Shown: positions 37,659-50,886, numbered from the stretch's first letter. The stretch: DNA of 61,192 nucleotides from a bacterium (GCA_024639975.1 JAHEFX010000003.1:1-61192); one strand, 5' to 3'. The notes: generated by a model not told the origin, from the letters alone. Numbers and translations: made by a program.

Positions 37659-40600
37659 ATGCCCACCCGTCCGCCGCTGGGCGCGCTCGTCGCGCGCTGG
37701 TCGCCTTCGTCGCTGCCGCCGAGCGACGGGCGGATGGTCATCCCGCCGGGGGCCCGGGCGTTCGTCCTGGCCGGTCTGGCCGCCCATGCCGACGCCCCGA
37801 TCCTTGCCGTCGTGCCGGGGGAGCAGGAGGCCCGGGACCTCTCGGACGACGTGGGGCTGTTCGTCGAACAGGTCGCGCACCTCCCGGCGTGGGAGACGCT
37901 CCCCTTCGAGCACGTCTCACCCAACCCGAGCACGATGGCCGCTCGCTCCAAGGCCCGCCATCTCCTCGCCACGGGTGGGCCCGGCACGGTCGTGGTGGCA
38001 CCGGTGCGTGCGGTCATCCAGCGGGTCGCCCCATCGGACCCGACCCCGCTCCGACTGGAGGTCGGGACGACCGAACCGTTCGACGGACTCGTCGGGCGGC
38101 TGTCGGCCCTCGGCTACGAACGTACGGAGCGAGTCGAGCACCGAGGAGAGTTCGCCGTCCGGGGCGGGATCATCGACGTCTTCCCGGTGGAGGGCCGGAC
38201 CGCGGTCCGGATCGACTTCTGGGGCGACGACGTCGACGCGATCCGCGAGTTCGATCCCAACACCCAGCGCTCCGAGGACGCCATCGAATCGGTCGAGTTC
38301 CACCCCGCCCGCGAGCTGCGACTCGACGAGGGGCTCTCGGCGATCGCCGCCCGCCTGCGTGACGAGCATCCCTGGAACCAGGCGGTGTGGGACCTCATCG
38401 CCGAGGGCCACACCTTCGACGGCATGGAGTCGTGGATGCCGTGGCTGGTGCCTGCCCGATCCGTGCTCGACGACCACGAAGGGCCACTCGTCGTCTTCGA
38501 GCCGACACAGGCCCTGGCCCGCGCCAACGACCTCGCCGCCGAGGAACAGGATCTGGCCGAGGCCCTCGCCCCCACCTGGGGGACCGGCAGTCCCGACGCC
38601 ACCGAGGCCCCGCCGCTGTACCTCGACCTCGAGTCCCGGGTCGCCGAGCGCCCCGCCCTTCTGGCCCCCTCGCTCGCCGCCGGACCCGACGACGCCCGCC
38701 TCGAATCCCGGGCCCTGGGGGCCACCCCCGGCGAACCCGAGGAGTTGGTGCGCGCCATCACGGCGCTGCGGGCCGATCGGGTGCAGACCATCCTCTCGAT
38801 GGACGGCGATGCGGCGGCCGACCGGGTCGTCCGGATCCTCGGCGACGAGGGGCTCGCCCTCGATCGGCTCGAAATGGTCGACGCCGGCGAGTCGGGGGTC
38901 ATCGGCCACGGCGTCCACCTCGGTTTCGTGCTCCCCGGACTCGGCATCGCCGTCCTCGGTGAGCAAGAGATCGCCGGGCGCCGCCGAGCCCACCGGCGGG
39001 TCGGAAAGGCACGCGCCACCGACACGACTGTCGGCTACCGGGACCTCGTACCCGGCGACCACGTCGTCCACCACCGTCACGGCGTCGGTCGTTTCGAGGG
39101 CCTCGTCACCCGGGAGATAGCCGGCGTCGAACGCGACTACCTCGTAGTCGCCTACGCCGGCGAGGACCGCCTCTACGTGCCCACCGACCAACTCGCCGGC
39201 ATCGACCGGTACACCGGCGGCGAGCAGCCCCGGCTCTCACGCATGGGAGGATCCGATTGGGAGAAGACCAAGGGACGGGTCCGCAAGGCGGTCGCAGCCG
39301 TGGCCGAGGAGGTCGTCCGACTCCACAAGGAACGAGCCGTCGCCTCCGGCCACTCGTTCCCGCCGGACACCCCGTGGCAGCACGAAATGGAGGGGGCCTT
39401 CCCCTTCGAGGAGACCCCCGACCAGATGTCGGCCATCACCGACGTGAAGGCGGACATGGAGTCGGCCGACCCGATGGACCGGCTCGTGTTCGGCGACGTG
39501 GGTTTCGGCAAGACGGAGGTCGCCATTCGTGCCGCTTTCAAGGCGGTGAACGCCGGCAAGCAGGTGGCAATCCTGTGCCCGACGACGCTGCTCGCGCAGC
39601 AACACCACCAGGTCTTCGGCGAGCGTTTCGAGCCCTACCCGATGCGCGTGGAGATGCTGTCGCGCTTCCTCACCGCCAAGGAGCAGAAGGAAGTCGTCCG
39701 GGGACTCGCCTCGGGAGAGGTCGACGTCGTGGTCGGCACCCATCGGCTGCTGTCGGACGAGATCGTCTACAAGGACCTCGGGCTCCTCGTGGTCGACGAG
39801 GAGCAGCGATTCGGGGTTTCCGCGAAGGACAAGATCAAGGCGGCTTCCGTGGGCGTCGACGTCCTGACACTCACTGCCACACCGATCCCGCGCACCCTGG
39901 AGATGGCGCTCACCGGGGTACGCGAGGTGTCGCACATCCGCACGGCGCCAGGAGAGCGCCATCCGATCCTGACGTACGTGGGCCCGGTCGACGAGCAGTC
40001 GATCTCGGCGGCGATCCGCCGCGAACTGCTCCGCGAGGGCCAGGTCTTCTACGTCCACAACCGCGTGCAGTCGATCGACCGGGCGGTGAAGCGGATCCGC
40101 GGGCTCGTGCCCGACGCCCGGGTGGCCGTGGCCCACGGGCAGATGTCCGAGGGCCAGTTGGAGCAGGTGATGCTCGACTTCTGGAACCACGAGTTCGACG
40201 TGCTCGTGGCCACCACGATCATCGAGTCCGGACTCGACCTCCCCGCCGTCAACACCCTCATCGTGGAGCGAGCCGACCTCCTCGGGCTGGCCCAGCTGTA
40301 CCAACTGCGGGGCCGGGTGGGGCGTTCGAACCTCCGTGCCTACGCCTACCTCTTCCATCCCCCCGAGCACGCCCTGTCCGAGACCGCCTACCGCCGGCTG
40401 CAGGCGATCGGTGAGGCGACCGACCTCGGATCCGGGTTCGAGCTGGCCCGGAGGGACCTCGAGATCCGTGGCGCCGGTTCGATGCTCGGTGAGGTCCAGT
40501 CGGGCCACATCGCCGCCGTGGGGTTCGACCTGTACGCCCAGCTGGTCGGCGAGGCCGTCGGGGAACTGACCGGCGGCCCGAGCCCGACCTCCGAGCCGGT

Positions 40601-41045
40601 GGAGGTGCGGATCGATCTCCCCGTGGACGCCCACCTGCCGGAGGAGTGGATCTCCGACGCCCAGGCGAGGCTCGAGGCATACCGAAGGCTCGCCGCCGCC
40701 AACACCACCCCGGACGTCGACGACGTCGTCGAAGAGTGGGAGGACCGGTTCGGTGAACTGCCCCCGGAGGCCGAGTCGCTCATCGACATCGCCCGCCTCC
40801 GTGCCGCAGCCGCCGGCGTCGGCCTCACCGAGGTGGTGAAGCTCCGCAACGAGATCCGGATGGGCCCGGTCGATTTCACGCCGCCCCAGGAGGTCCGCTT
40901 CAGGCGCCTGTCCAAGCGTCGGGGCGTCTTCAAGCCCAACGAGGGCGTCATCTTCTTCCCGGCCCCCCGCAAGGATCAGACGGTGGACGTCTTGCTGGCG
41001 TTCATCGCCGACATGTGGCCGACCGCCGTTGGTGGGGAAGACTGA
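37659..41045 (+). CDS. mfd: Transcription-repair coupling factor
   Basis: About 1128 aa. FPFEETPDQ, GDVGFGKTEVA (Walker A), VVDEEQRFG, TATPIPRTL and LGLAQLYQLRGRVGR motifs. ATG 37659 is preferred over TTG 37653. Confidence 0.95.
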   Translation: MPTRPPLGALVARWSPSSLPPSDGRMVIPPGARAFVLAGLAAHADAPILAVVPGEQEARDLSDDVGLFVEQVAHLPAWETLPFEHVSPNPSTMAARSKARHLLATGGPGTVVVAPVRAVIQRVAPSDPTPLRLEVGTTEPFDGLVGRLSALGYERTERVEHRGEFAVRGGIIDVFPVEGRTAVRIDFWGDDVDAIREFDPNTQRSEDAIESVEFHPARELRLDEGLSAIAARLRDEHPWNQAVWDLIAEGHTFDGMESWMPWLVPARSVLDDHEGPLVVFEPTQALARANDLAAEEQDLAEALAPTWGTGSPDATEAPPLYLDLESRVAERPALLAPSLAAGPDDARLESRALGATPGEPEELVRAITALRADRVQTILSMDGDAAADRVVRILGDEGLALDRLEMVDAGESGVIGHGVHLGFVLPGLGIAVLGEQEIAGRRRAHRRVGKARATDTTVGYRDLVPGDHVVHHRHGVGRFEGLVTREIAGVERDYLVVAYAGEDRLYVPTDQLAGIDRYTGGEQPRLSRMGGSDWEKTKGRVRKAVAAVAEEVVRLHKERAVASGHSFPPDTPWQHEMEGAFPFEETPDQMSAITDVKADMESADPMDRLVFGDVGFGKTEVAIRAAFKAVNAGKQVAILCPTTLLAQQHHQVFGERFEPYPMRVEMLSRFLTAKEQKEVVRGLASGEVDVVVGTHRLLSDEIVYKDLGLLVVDEEQRFGVSAKDKIKAASVGVDVLTLTATPIPRTLEMALTGVREVSHIRTAPGERHPILTYVGPVDEQSISAAIRRELLREGQVFYVHNRVQSIDRAVKRIRGLVPDARVAVAHGQMSEGQLEQVMLDFWNHEFDVLVATTIIESGLDLPAVNTLIVERADLLGLAQLYQLRGRVGRSNLRAYAYLFHPPEHALSETAYRRLQAIGEATDLGSGFELARRDLEIRGAGSMLGEVQSGHIAAVGFDLYAQLVGEAVGELTGGPSPTSEPVEVRIDLPVDAHLPEEWISDAQARLEAYRRLAAANTTPDVDDVVEEWEDRFGELPPEAESLIDIARLRAAAAGVGLTEVVKLRNEIRMGPVDFTPPQEVRFRRLSKRRGVFKPNEGVIFFPAPRKDQTVDVLLAFIADMWPTAVGGED

Positions 41046-41124
41046 GGCGACCTGCTCATTCGTTGGCGTTGAATCGTGGGGTTCCTAACCTGTCGGCACC
41101 CCTTCCACTCCGACTGGATCGACC

Positions 41125-42105
41125 ATGTCCCGCCTCATCGCACTACTTGCCGTGCTCGTCCTCGCCCTCGCCGCCTGTGGCGGGTCGGCCGGGTCGGGTG
41201 CTGTCATCGCCACCGTCGACGGAACCGAGATCACCGAGGGCGACCTCGACTCGCTCCGTCCGGGCGGCACGACCGACGTCACCCAGGCCGCCGACGACCT
41301 CAACCTGCTGATCTCGACGCAGATCGTGGAAGACGGCGCCGTCGGTCTCGGCGTGGAGATCACCGAGGACGACATCACCGAGGCGACCGACGAGCTCGTC
41401 ACGAACATCGAGGGCCAGGGGCAGACCTACGACGAGTTCCTGTCCGAGAACGAGGTCACCGAAGACCTCGTCGAGCTGGCCATGACCCAGCAGGTCGCCC
41501 AGCAGGAGTTGATGGCGTACTTCCAGGACAACGTCGAAGTCACCGATGAGGACATCGAGGCCCAGTACAACATCGAGCTCCAGCAGCGCTCGAACGTCTG
41601 CGCCGCCCACATCCTCATCGGTTGGGAGGACGACCTCGAGGCCTCCGACGAGGAGAATGCCGCCGCCGAGGACGAGGCAGAGGCAACCGCCACCGAGGTC
41701 TACGAGCTCTCGCTCGAAGAGGACGCCGACTTCGCCGAACTCGCCATGGAGTACTCCACCGGCCCGTCCGGACCGACCGGGGGCGACCTCGGGTGCTCCC
41801 CGCCGGCGCAGTACGTGCCCGAGTTCGGCCAGGCCACCCTCGACGCCGAGATCGGCCTGCCCTACGGCCCGGTGAAGACCCAGTTCGGCTTCCACGTGAT
41901 CCTCGTGTCGGAGCGGACGGTCCCCGAGCAGGCCGAGATCGAGGCGGAGCTGGAGGAGAACGTCGCCTTCACCAAGGCCACCGAGGAGATCGGCACCTGG
42001 TACCAGCAGACGCTCCAGGACGCCGAGGTGACGGTCGAGCCGGAGTTCGGGACGTGGGAACAGGACGAGCAGGGCTACCCGCGCGTCGTCGCTCCGTCCG
42101 CCTGA
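41125..42105 (+). CDS. Parvulin-type peptidyl-prolyl isomerase lipoprotein (PrsA/SurA-like)
   Basis: Lipobox LALAAC. C-terminal PPIC domain: AAHILI...GGDLGC...FGQATLDAEIGLPYGPVKTQFGFHVILV. Confidence 0.8.
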   Translation: MSRLIALLAVLVLALAACGGSAGSGAVIATVDGTEITEGDLDSLRPGGTTDVTQAADDLNLLISTQIVEDGAVGLGVEITEDDITEATDELVTNIEGQGQTYDEFLSENEVTEDLVELAMTQQVAQQELMAYFQDNVEVTDEDIEAQYNIELQQRSNVCAAHILIGWEDDLEASDEENAAAEDEAEATATEVYELSLEEDADFAELAMEYSTGPSGPTGGDLGCSPPAQYVPEFGQATLDAEIGLPYGPVKTQFGFHVILVSERTVPEQAEIEAELEENVAFTKATEEIGTWYQQTLQDAEVTVEPEFGTWEQDEQGYPRVVAPSA

Positions 42106-42109
42106 TCCA

Positions 42110-45310
<3,201 letters not shown>

Positions 45311-45314
<4 letters not shown>

Positions 45315-45841
45315 GCGACGTCGACGACGCCGCCGCAGCCGCCGCCCAACTCGGACGGCCCCTCCGCTCGGCAGTGAAGGTGTCCGCCCGCTGCCACCTC
45401 GAGCTGCCGGTCGTCATCGAGGTCCCGCCGATCCTCGACGACGGAACCCCCTTCCCGACGACCTGGTACCTCACCTGCCCCCTTGCCACCAAGCGGATCG
45501 GCCGCCTGGAGGCCGCGGGAGGGGTCAAACGAATCGAGCGGTTCGCCGAGCACGACACCGCCTTCGGGCTGGCCCTGGACGTGGCCCATGCGCGGTACTC
45601 CGCCCAGCGCGACGGGCGCCTACCCGCCGATTTCGAGCACGCGCCGTCGGGTGGGGTGGGCGGCACACGCGTCGGCATCAAGTGCCTCCACGCCCACTAC
45701 GCCGACCACACCGCCGGGAATGAGAATCCGGTCGGGGAGGCGACCGCCCCGTTCGTGGAACCACTGGACTGCACCGTCCCATGCGTCGTCGCCGACGGTG
45801 ACGACGTGGTGCCCAACCCTCGCTGGAGCGAGCCTCGTTGA
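45311..45841 (+). CDS. DUF501 domain protein
   Basis: ATGA overlap. ...CHLELPVVIEVPPILDDGTPFPTTWYLTCP... is characteristic of DUF501 (Rv1025-like), recognised from memory and from synteny. Confidence 0.7.
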
Positions 45842-46728
45842 GCCGCGTTGCGGCCTACGACATCGGCACGAACACCGTTCGGCTGCTCGTTGCCGAGCCC
45901 GGTGATCCGGGCCGTCCGACCGAAGTCCTCAGGACCAACCGGGTCGTGCGCCTGGGCGAGGGTGTCGACCGCAACCATCGCTTCCTGGACGCCGCCATCG
46001 ACCGGGCTGTGTCGGGTCTCACCGACCTGGCCGAGCTGGCGGGCCCCGTGGACGCCTCCGACGCGGTGGCGACATCGGCTACCCGTGACGCCGAGAACCG
46101 GGACCGGTTCCTCGATCGGGCCGAGCAGGTCCTCGGGGTACGTCCCCGGGTCATCCCCGGCGAGGAGGAGGCCAGGCTGTCGTTCCTCGGCGCCACCGGC
46201 GGTGGCTCGGCCCGTCCGGTCGCGGTCATCGACGTCGGCGGGGGATCGACCGAGGTGGTCGTCGGGGCCGAGCACCCAGAGCAGGCCATCTCGTTGCAGA
46301 TCGGCTCCATCCGACTGACGGAGCGAGTACTGCCCGACCGGCCGACCGACCAGGTGGACGCTGCGCTGGATTGGGCGGCCGAGCAGTTCGCCGCCATCGA
46401 CTTCGACGTGCCCGCAGAATCGATCGGGGTCGCCGGCACGTTCACAGCACTGGCGGCGATCGACCAGGCGTTGGACACCTACGCCGATCGGGCCGTCCAT
46501 GGCCACCGGCTCACATCGGCGGCGATGGAGCACCTCGTTGCATCGCTGGCCACCATGACCATCGAGGAGACGGCGGCGATTCCCTCCCTACCGGCGTCGA
46601 GGGCACCCATGCTCCTCGGCGGCGCAGTGACCGTTCTCGCCGCCATGCGGCACCTCCAGCTGCCGTCGATCGAGGTCCGGGTGACCGATATCCTCGACGG
46701 GGTCGCCGAAGAGATGCTCTCGGCCTGA
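45838..46728 (+). CDS. ppx: Ppx/GppA-family exopolyphosphatase
   Basis: TTG start overlapping the DUF501 stop. AAYDIGTNTVRLLVAE, ATSATRDAENR and VIDVGGGSTE motifs. Confidence 0.85.
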   Translation: MSRVAAYDIGTNTVRLLVAEPGDPGRPTEVLRTNRVVRLGEGVDRNHRFLDAAIDRAVSGLTDLAELAGPVDASDAVATSATRDAENRDRFLDRAEQVLGVRPRVIPGEEEARLSFLGATGGGSARPVAVIDVGGGSTEVVVGAEHPEQAISLQIGSIRLTERVLPDRPTDQVDAALDWAAEQFAAIDFDVPAESIGVAGTFTALAAIDQALDTYADRAVHGHRLTSAAMEHLVASLATMTIEETAAIPSLPASRAPMLLGGAVTVLAAMRHLQLPSIEVRVTDILDGVAEEMLSA

Positions 46729-46772
46729 CCAATCCGGCCACCTGGCACGGCGCCCGGTGCCACACTCCGCCG

Positions 46773-47669
46773 ATGCCCTTCCCCGAACACGACCTCGCCA
46801 CCCCGTCCGTCGACCTCGGCGAAGGCGCGGTCCTGGTGCGAGCCGATCCGGCAGCCTGGGTGCGCGCCTGGACGGTCTACCGGGGGATCGACGAGGATTT
46901 CTCCCAGGGTTTCGAAGCCAGGTCAGAGGACGTCGCGGGTATCCCGGTCGCCCACTGGCTGGAGCTCGACGGCAAGCCGGCCGCCGGATTCGCGCTCCTC
47001 CCCGGTGGCATCGGCGACACGTTCCTGATCCCGCCCTTCGGTGATGCCGGCAGGGTGGTGGCTGCCGTCCTCCCGCTCCTCCGGGACTGGTCGGACGGTC
47101 TCATCCGGGCCCAGGGGATCGGGGAGGACTTCTTCGATGCCCTGGTCGATGGGGGGTTCGAACCGGAGGAGACCCGCCGTTGGATGATCCGACCGGTCGT
47201 TCCCGGCGAGGTCCACTGGGACACCACGACGGTTGCGTCGGTCCGGCCCGGGGATGCGGAAGAGATCGCCGCATTGCTCCACCGATCCTTCTCCGGCCTC
47301 CCGACGAGGGATGGGCAACGCGACCTCGACGGGTTCGCCGGTGCCGTCGATCGATTCTTCGCACAGCGGGGCGGCTCGGTCATTCCCGACGACGCCTCAG
47401 CACTCGTGCGCCGCCCCGGCGGCACCCCAGTGGCCGTCTGTCTCGTCAACGAGCACCACGGCCTCCCGACGATCCAGTTCCTCGCGACCGCCCCGGACGC
47501 GAGGGGAAGGGGTCTCGCCACCAGCCTGATCAACAGGGCCATGGCCGAGCTGGTCGGGGTGGGTGATTGGGTGAAGCTGGCGGTGACGGTGGGTACTCCC
47601 GCCGAAGCGCTCTACGAGCGGCTCGGCTTCAAGGCGGGCCCGCCGGTGAGCTCACTGGTGCTCGAGTGA
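46773..47669 (+). CDS. GNAT-family N-acetyltransferase (two-lobed)
   Basis: ATG 46773. C-terminal acetyl-CoA motif QFLATAPDARGRGLATSLINRA...YERLGF. The track ORF from 46371 is a run-on. Confidence 0.7.
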   Translation: MPFPEHDLATPSVDLGEGAVLVRADPAAWVRAWTVYRGIDEDFSQGFEARSEDVAGIPVAHWLELDGKPAAGFALLPGGIGDTFLIPPFGDAGRVVAAVLPLLRDWSDGLIRAQGIGEDFFDALVDGGFEPEETRRWMIRPVVPGEVHWDTTTVASVRPGDAEEIAALLHRSFSGLPTRDGQRDLDGFAGAVDRFFAQRGGSVIPDDASALVRRPGGTPVAVCLVNEHHGLPTIQFLATAPDARGRGLATSLINRAMAELVGVGDWVKLAVTVGTPAEALYERLGFKAGPPVSSLVLE

Positions 47670-50396
47670 GCGCCTGACCCTCGCTTTCCAGGCCTCCACA
47701 CCGAGCATCACGACGGCGGCCCCGCCGACGGCCAGCAGCAGCTCGGTCCCCGAGAGCGGCTCGGTGTCGAACACGTTCTGGAGGAACGGCAGGTAGATGA
47801 TGGCGAAGTGGAGGCCGACGCCCAACCCCACGGCGCCGAGCATCCCCTTGTTCGCCAGGAAGTTGTGCCAGACCGGCTGGTGGTCCGAACGGACCTCGAG
47901 AGCGAGCCCGAGCTGGGCGAAGATCAGGCCGGTGAAGAGGATCGACTGCCAATGGCCATCGGGGTTGTCGTTCCAGAACCACCAACCGAGGCCGAGTGAA
48001 ACGATCGACATGAGCGTCCCGAACGTGGCGATGAAGGCTGTGGTCCCGCCACCGAACACCGACTCGTTGGCATCGACCGGCTCCCGCTCCATCACGTCGT
48101 CCTCGGCCGGCTCCACGCCGAGTGCGAGGGCCGGGAGGCCGTCGGTGATGAGATTCATCCAGAGGATCTGGAGTGGCAGGAGGGGCAGGGGCATGCCGAA
48201 CACCGGTCCAAGGAGCATCACGGCCAGCTCCGAGGTGTTGCACGTCAGCAGGTACCTGATGAACTTGCGGATGTTGTCGTAGATCACCCGCCCCTCTTCG
48301 ACGGCCGAGACGATCGTGGCGAAGTTGTCGTCGGTGAGGACCATGTCGCCGGCCTGCTTGGTGACGTCGGTGCCCGTGATGCCCATGGCCACGCCGATGT
48401 CGGCTGTCTTGAGCGCGGGAGCGTCGTTGACGCCGTCCCCGGTCATGGCCACGAGGTGCCCCTGCTTCTGCAGTGAATCAACGAGCCGCAGCTTGTGCTC
48501 CGGAGAGACCCGGGCGAATACGGAGGTCTCGATGGCCGCCCGGTCGAATGCCTCGCTGTCGAGCAAGTCGAGCTCCAGGCCGGTCAGGGCGGTGGCGCCG
48601 TCTTCGACGATGCCGACGTCCCGGGCGATCGAGGCAGCCGTGAGGGGGTGGTCGCCGGTGATCATCACCGGGCGGATCCCGGCGGACTTGCACTGGGCGA
48701 CCGCCGCAGGAACCTCCGTTCGGGCCGGGTCGATGAGTCCGACCATGCCCACGAACACGAGGTCGTCCTCCATGGCCTCCGGATCGGGGACCTCGCCGTG
48801 CGTGCGCACAGCCAGGCCGAGCACCCGCATGCCGTTCGAGGCCAGCGACTCCTCGGCGTCGGCGATTCGGCCCCGCCAGCCGTCGTCCAGGCGCTCGATC
48901 GACCCGTGGTTCCATACGCTCGTCGACTGCTCCAGTAGGCCGGCCGCGGCGCCTTTCGTGAACCCGACGTAGGGCGGCCGGCCGGCGGCCTCCACCACCG
49001 CCGAGAGCTCGGCTATCTCCGGGGGGAGTGCGGTGCCGGCCGGCAGCGCGTGCACGGTCGTCATCCGTTTTCGGACGGAGTCGAACGGGTTCTCCGCGAC
49101 GCGTGGCATGGCCTCCGTGATCACATCCTTGCGCAGGCCGGTGTGGGTCGCTCCGACGACGAGCGCCGCCTCTGTCGGCTCGCCCCGGGCGGCGATCCCG
49201 TTCTCGTCGACCACCGGTTCGGCGTCGTTGCAGAGCAGCCCAACCAGGAGCGCGAGCTGGATCGTCGACTTCGGGTCCTCCGATTCGGGGCCTTCCTCCG
49301 TGAAGGCAAGCCGGTGGTCGGCGACGTCGAGGACGACCATCGTCATCCGGTTCTGGGTGAGTGTCCCGGTCTTGTCCGAGCAGATGACATCCACGGAGCC
49401 CAGGGTCTCCACGGCGGGCAGGCGTCGGATGAGGGCGTTGCGGGCGAGCATGCGCTGCGCCCCGAGGGAGAGCGCGATGGTGACGACAGCAGGCATCGCT
49501 TCGGGGATGGCGGCGACGGCCAGGGACACCGAGGTCAGCAGGATGGTCTCGGGGTCCTCCCCCCGGAGCCAGCCGATGAAGGCGAGGACCACGACGATGG
49601 CGCCGGCGGCGATGGCGAGGATCTTGCCGAGTTGGTCGAGGCGTGCCTGCAAGGGGGTCTGCTCGTCCTCGACCCCTTGGAGGAGGTCTGCGATATGACC
49701 AAGCTCGGTGTCCATGCCCGTGCCGGTCACGACGGCCTCGGCACGCCCCATGGACACCGTGGTGCCCATGTAGACCATGTTCTTGCGGTCGGCCAGGGCC
49801 ACCTCTCCCTCCACCACCGGATCGACCGTCTTGTCCACGGCTTCGGACTCGCCCGTCAGGGCCGCTTCCTCCACCCGGAGGTTGGCGGCTTCGAGGATCC
49901 GGCCGTCGGCCGGGACGATGTTGCCGGTCTCGAGGAGGAGGCGGTCGCCGGGAACGAGTTCGGCGGAAGGGATCTCGACGACATCGCCTTCGCGTCGGAC
50001 CTGGACGAGGGGAGCGGCCATCGCCTGCAGTGCCGCCATGGCCTCCTCGGCCCGGTACTCCTGGACGAAGCCCATCACGGCGGAGAGGACCACGATCGCG
50101 ACGATCGCGACTGCTTCGACCCAGTCGCCGAGGATCGGGCCCGAGATGATCCCGGCGGCGATCAGGACCCATATGAGGACGTCCCGGAATTGGTCCCCGA
50201 AGATGGAGAGCCTCGATCGTTGGTCCTCGGCAGCGAGCTCGTTGGACCCGAACCGGTCCCGGCGGGCACCAACCTCCGATGTGGTCAGCCCCGCCTGCGG
50301 TGACGACAACGTCGACGCCACCGTGGCGGCATCGACGCGATACGGCTCGACGGGGACGTCCATGTCGTCGAACGCTACGCCGTCGTCGGATGGCAC
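47652..50396 (-). CDS. Cation-transporting P-type ATPase (type II, Ca2+-ATPase-like)
   Basis: 914 aa. GLTTSEVGARRDRFGSNEL N-terminus, ICSDKTGTLTQNRM phosphorylation site, MITGDHPLTA and MTGDGVNDAPALKTADIGVAMG. Confidence 0.9.
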   Translation of the reverse strand: MPSDDGVAFDDMDVPVEPYRVDAATVASTLSSPQAGLTTSEVGARRDRFGSNELAAEDQRSRLSIFGDQFRDVLIWVLIAAGIISGPILGDWVEAVAIVAIVVLSAVMGFVQEYRAEEAMAALQAMAAPLVQVRREGDVVEIPSAELVPGDRLLLETGNIVPADGRILEAANLRVEEAALTGESEAVDKTVDPVVEGEVALADRKNMVYMGTTVSMGRAEAVVTGTGMDTELGHIADLLQGVEDEQTPLQARLDQLGKILAIAAGAIVVVLAFIGWLRGEDPETILLTSVSLAVAAIPEAMPAVVTIALSLGAQRMLARNALIRRLPAVETLGSVDVICSDKTGTLTQNRMTMVVLDVADHRLAFTEEGPESEDPKSTIQLALLVGLLCNDAEPVVDENGIAARGEPTEAALVVGATHTGLRKDVITEAMPRVAENPFDSVRKRMTTVHALPAGTALPPEIAELSAVVEAAGRPPYVGFTKGAAAGLLEQSTSVWNHGSIERLDDGWRGRIADAEESLASNGMRVLGLAVRTHGEVPDPEAMEDDLVFVGMVGLIDPARTEVPAAVAQCKSAGIRPVMITGDHPLTAASIARDVGIVEDGATALTGLELDLLDSEAFDRAAIETSVFARVSPEHKLRLVDSLQKQGHLVAMTGDGVNDAPALKTADIGVAMGITGTDVTKQAGDMVLTDDNFATIVSAVEEGRVIYDNIRKFIRYLLTCNTSELAVMLLGPVFGMPLPLLPLQILWMNLITDGLPALALGVEPAEDDVMEREPVDANESVFGGGTTAFIATFGTLMSIVSLGLGWWFWNDNPDGHWQSILFTGLIFAQLGLALEVRSDHQPVWHNFLANKGMLGAVGLGVGLHFAIIYLPFLQNVFDTEPLSGTELLLAVGGAAVVMLGVEAWKARVRRSLEHQ

Positions 50397-50413
50397 GGTC
50401 GTAGGCTCACGGT

Positions 50414-50487
50414 GCCCCGGTAGCCCAATTGGTAGAGGCAGCTGGCTTAAAACCGGCCAAGTATGGGTTCGAGTCCCATCCGGGGCA
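50414..50487 (+). tRNA. tRNA, anticodon TAA (nominally Leu) but with a class I (5-nt variable loop) architecture
   Basis: Manual fold: acceptor GCCCCGG/CCGGGGC, T8 A9, D arm GCCC-AATTGGTAG-AGGC, A26, anticodon stem GCTGG/CCGGC, loop CTTAAAA (anticodon 50448-50450), variable CAAGT, T arm ATGGG-TTCGAGT-CCCAT, discriminator A. No encoded CCA. Confidence 0.75.
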
Positions 50488-50488
50488 C

Positions 50489-50800
50489 TCAGCCGGGTTG
50501 GTTGGAGAGCACCACGTCGAACTCGAGGACCGCCGAACCGCTGGCGACCGGCGCCTGCGAGGACTGGGCGTGGCCCTGGGAGAAGGCCTGTGACGAGGCC
50601 CAGGCCTCGAACGCCTCGGCGGATTCCCAGTGGGTGACCACGAAGTATCGGTCTTCGCCCTCACCGGTCGGCCGGAGTAGCTCGAACCCCTCGAAGCCCG
50701 GCTGCTGGTCGACCGCACCGAGACGCGCGGCGAAGCGCTTCTCGAGCTCCGGTCCTGCTCCCTCGGGGACGGCGATGGCATTGATACGAACGACGGACAT
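50489..50800 (-). CDS. Antibiotic-biosynthesis-monooxygenase (ABM) domain protein
   Basis: ATG 50800. 103 aa: MSVVRINAIAVPEGAGPELEKRFAARLGAVDQQPGFEGFELLRP...RYFVVTHWESAEAFEAWASS..., typical ABM/IsdG-like ferredoxin fold. The 537-aa track ORF is a run-on antisense to aceK. Confidence 0.75.
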   Translation of the reverse strand: MSVVRINAIAVPEGAGPELEKRFAARLGAVDQQPGFEGFELLRPTGEGEDRYFVVTHWESAEAFEAWASSQAFSQGHAQSSQAPVASGSAVLEFDVVLSNQPG

Positions 50801-50854
50801 GTGTTGATCCTCCGATGGCGTCGGCCCATTGTGGCCGAGCGGGGGGAGCCCGCA

Positions 50855-50886
50855 TTGAGAGATCCCCCCGGAGGGTGATCTCCGAC
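50855..50886 (+). repeat. C-run/G-run hairpin repeat, copy 5 (variant tail)
   Basis: TTGAGAGAT-CCCCCC-GGA-GGGTGATCTCCGAC in the ABM/aceK divergent spacer. Confidence 0.6.
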
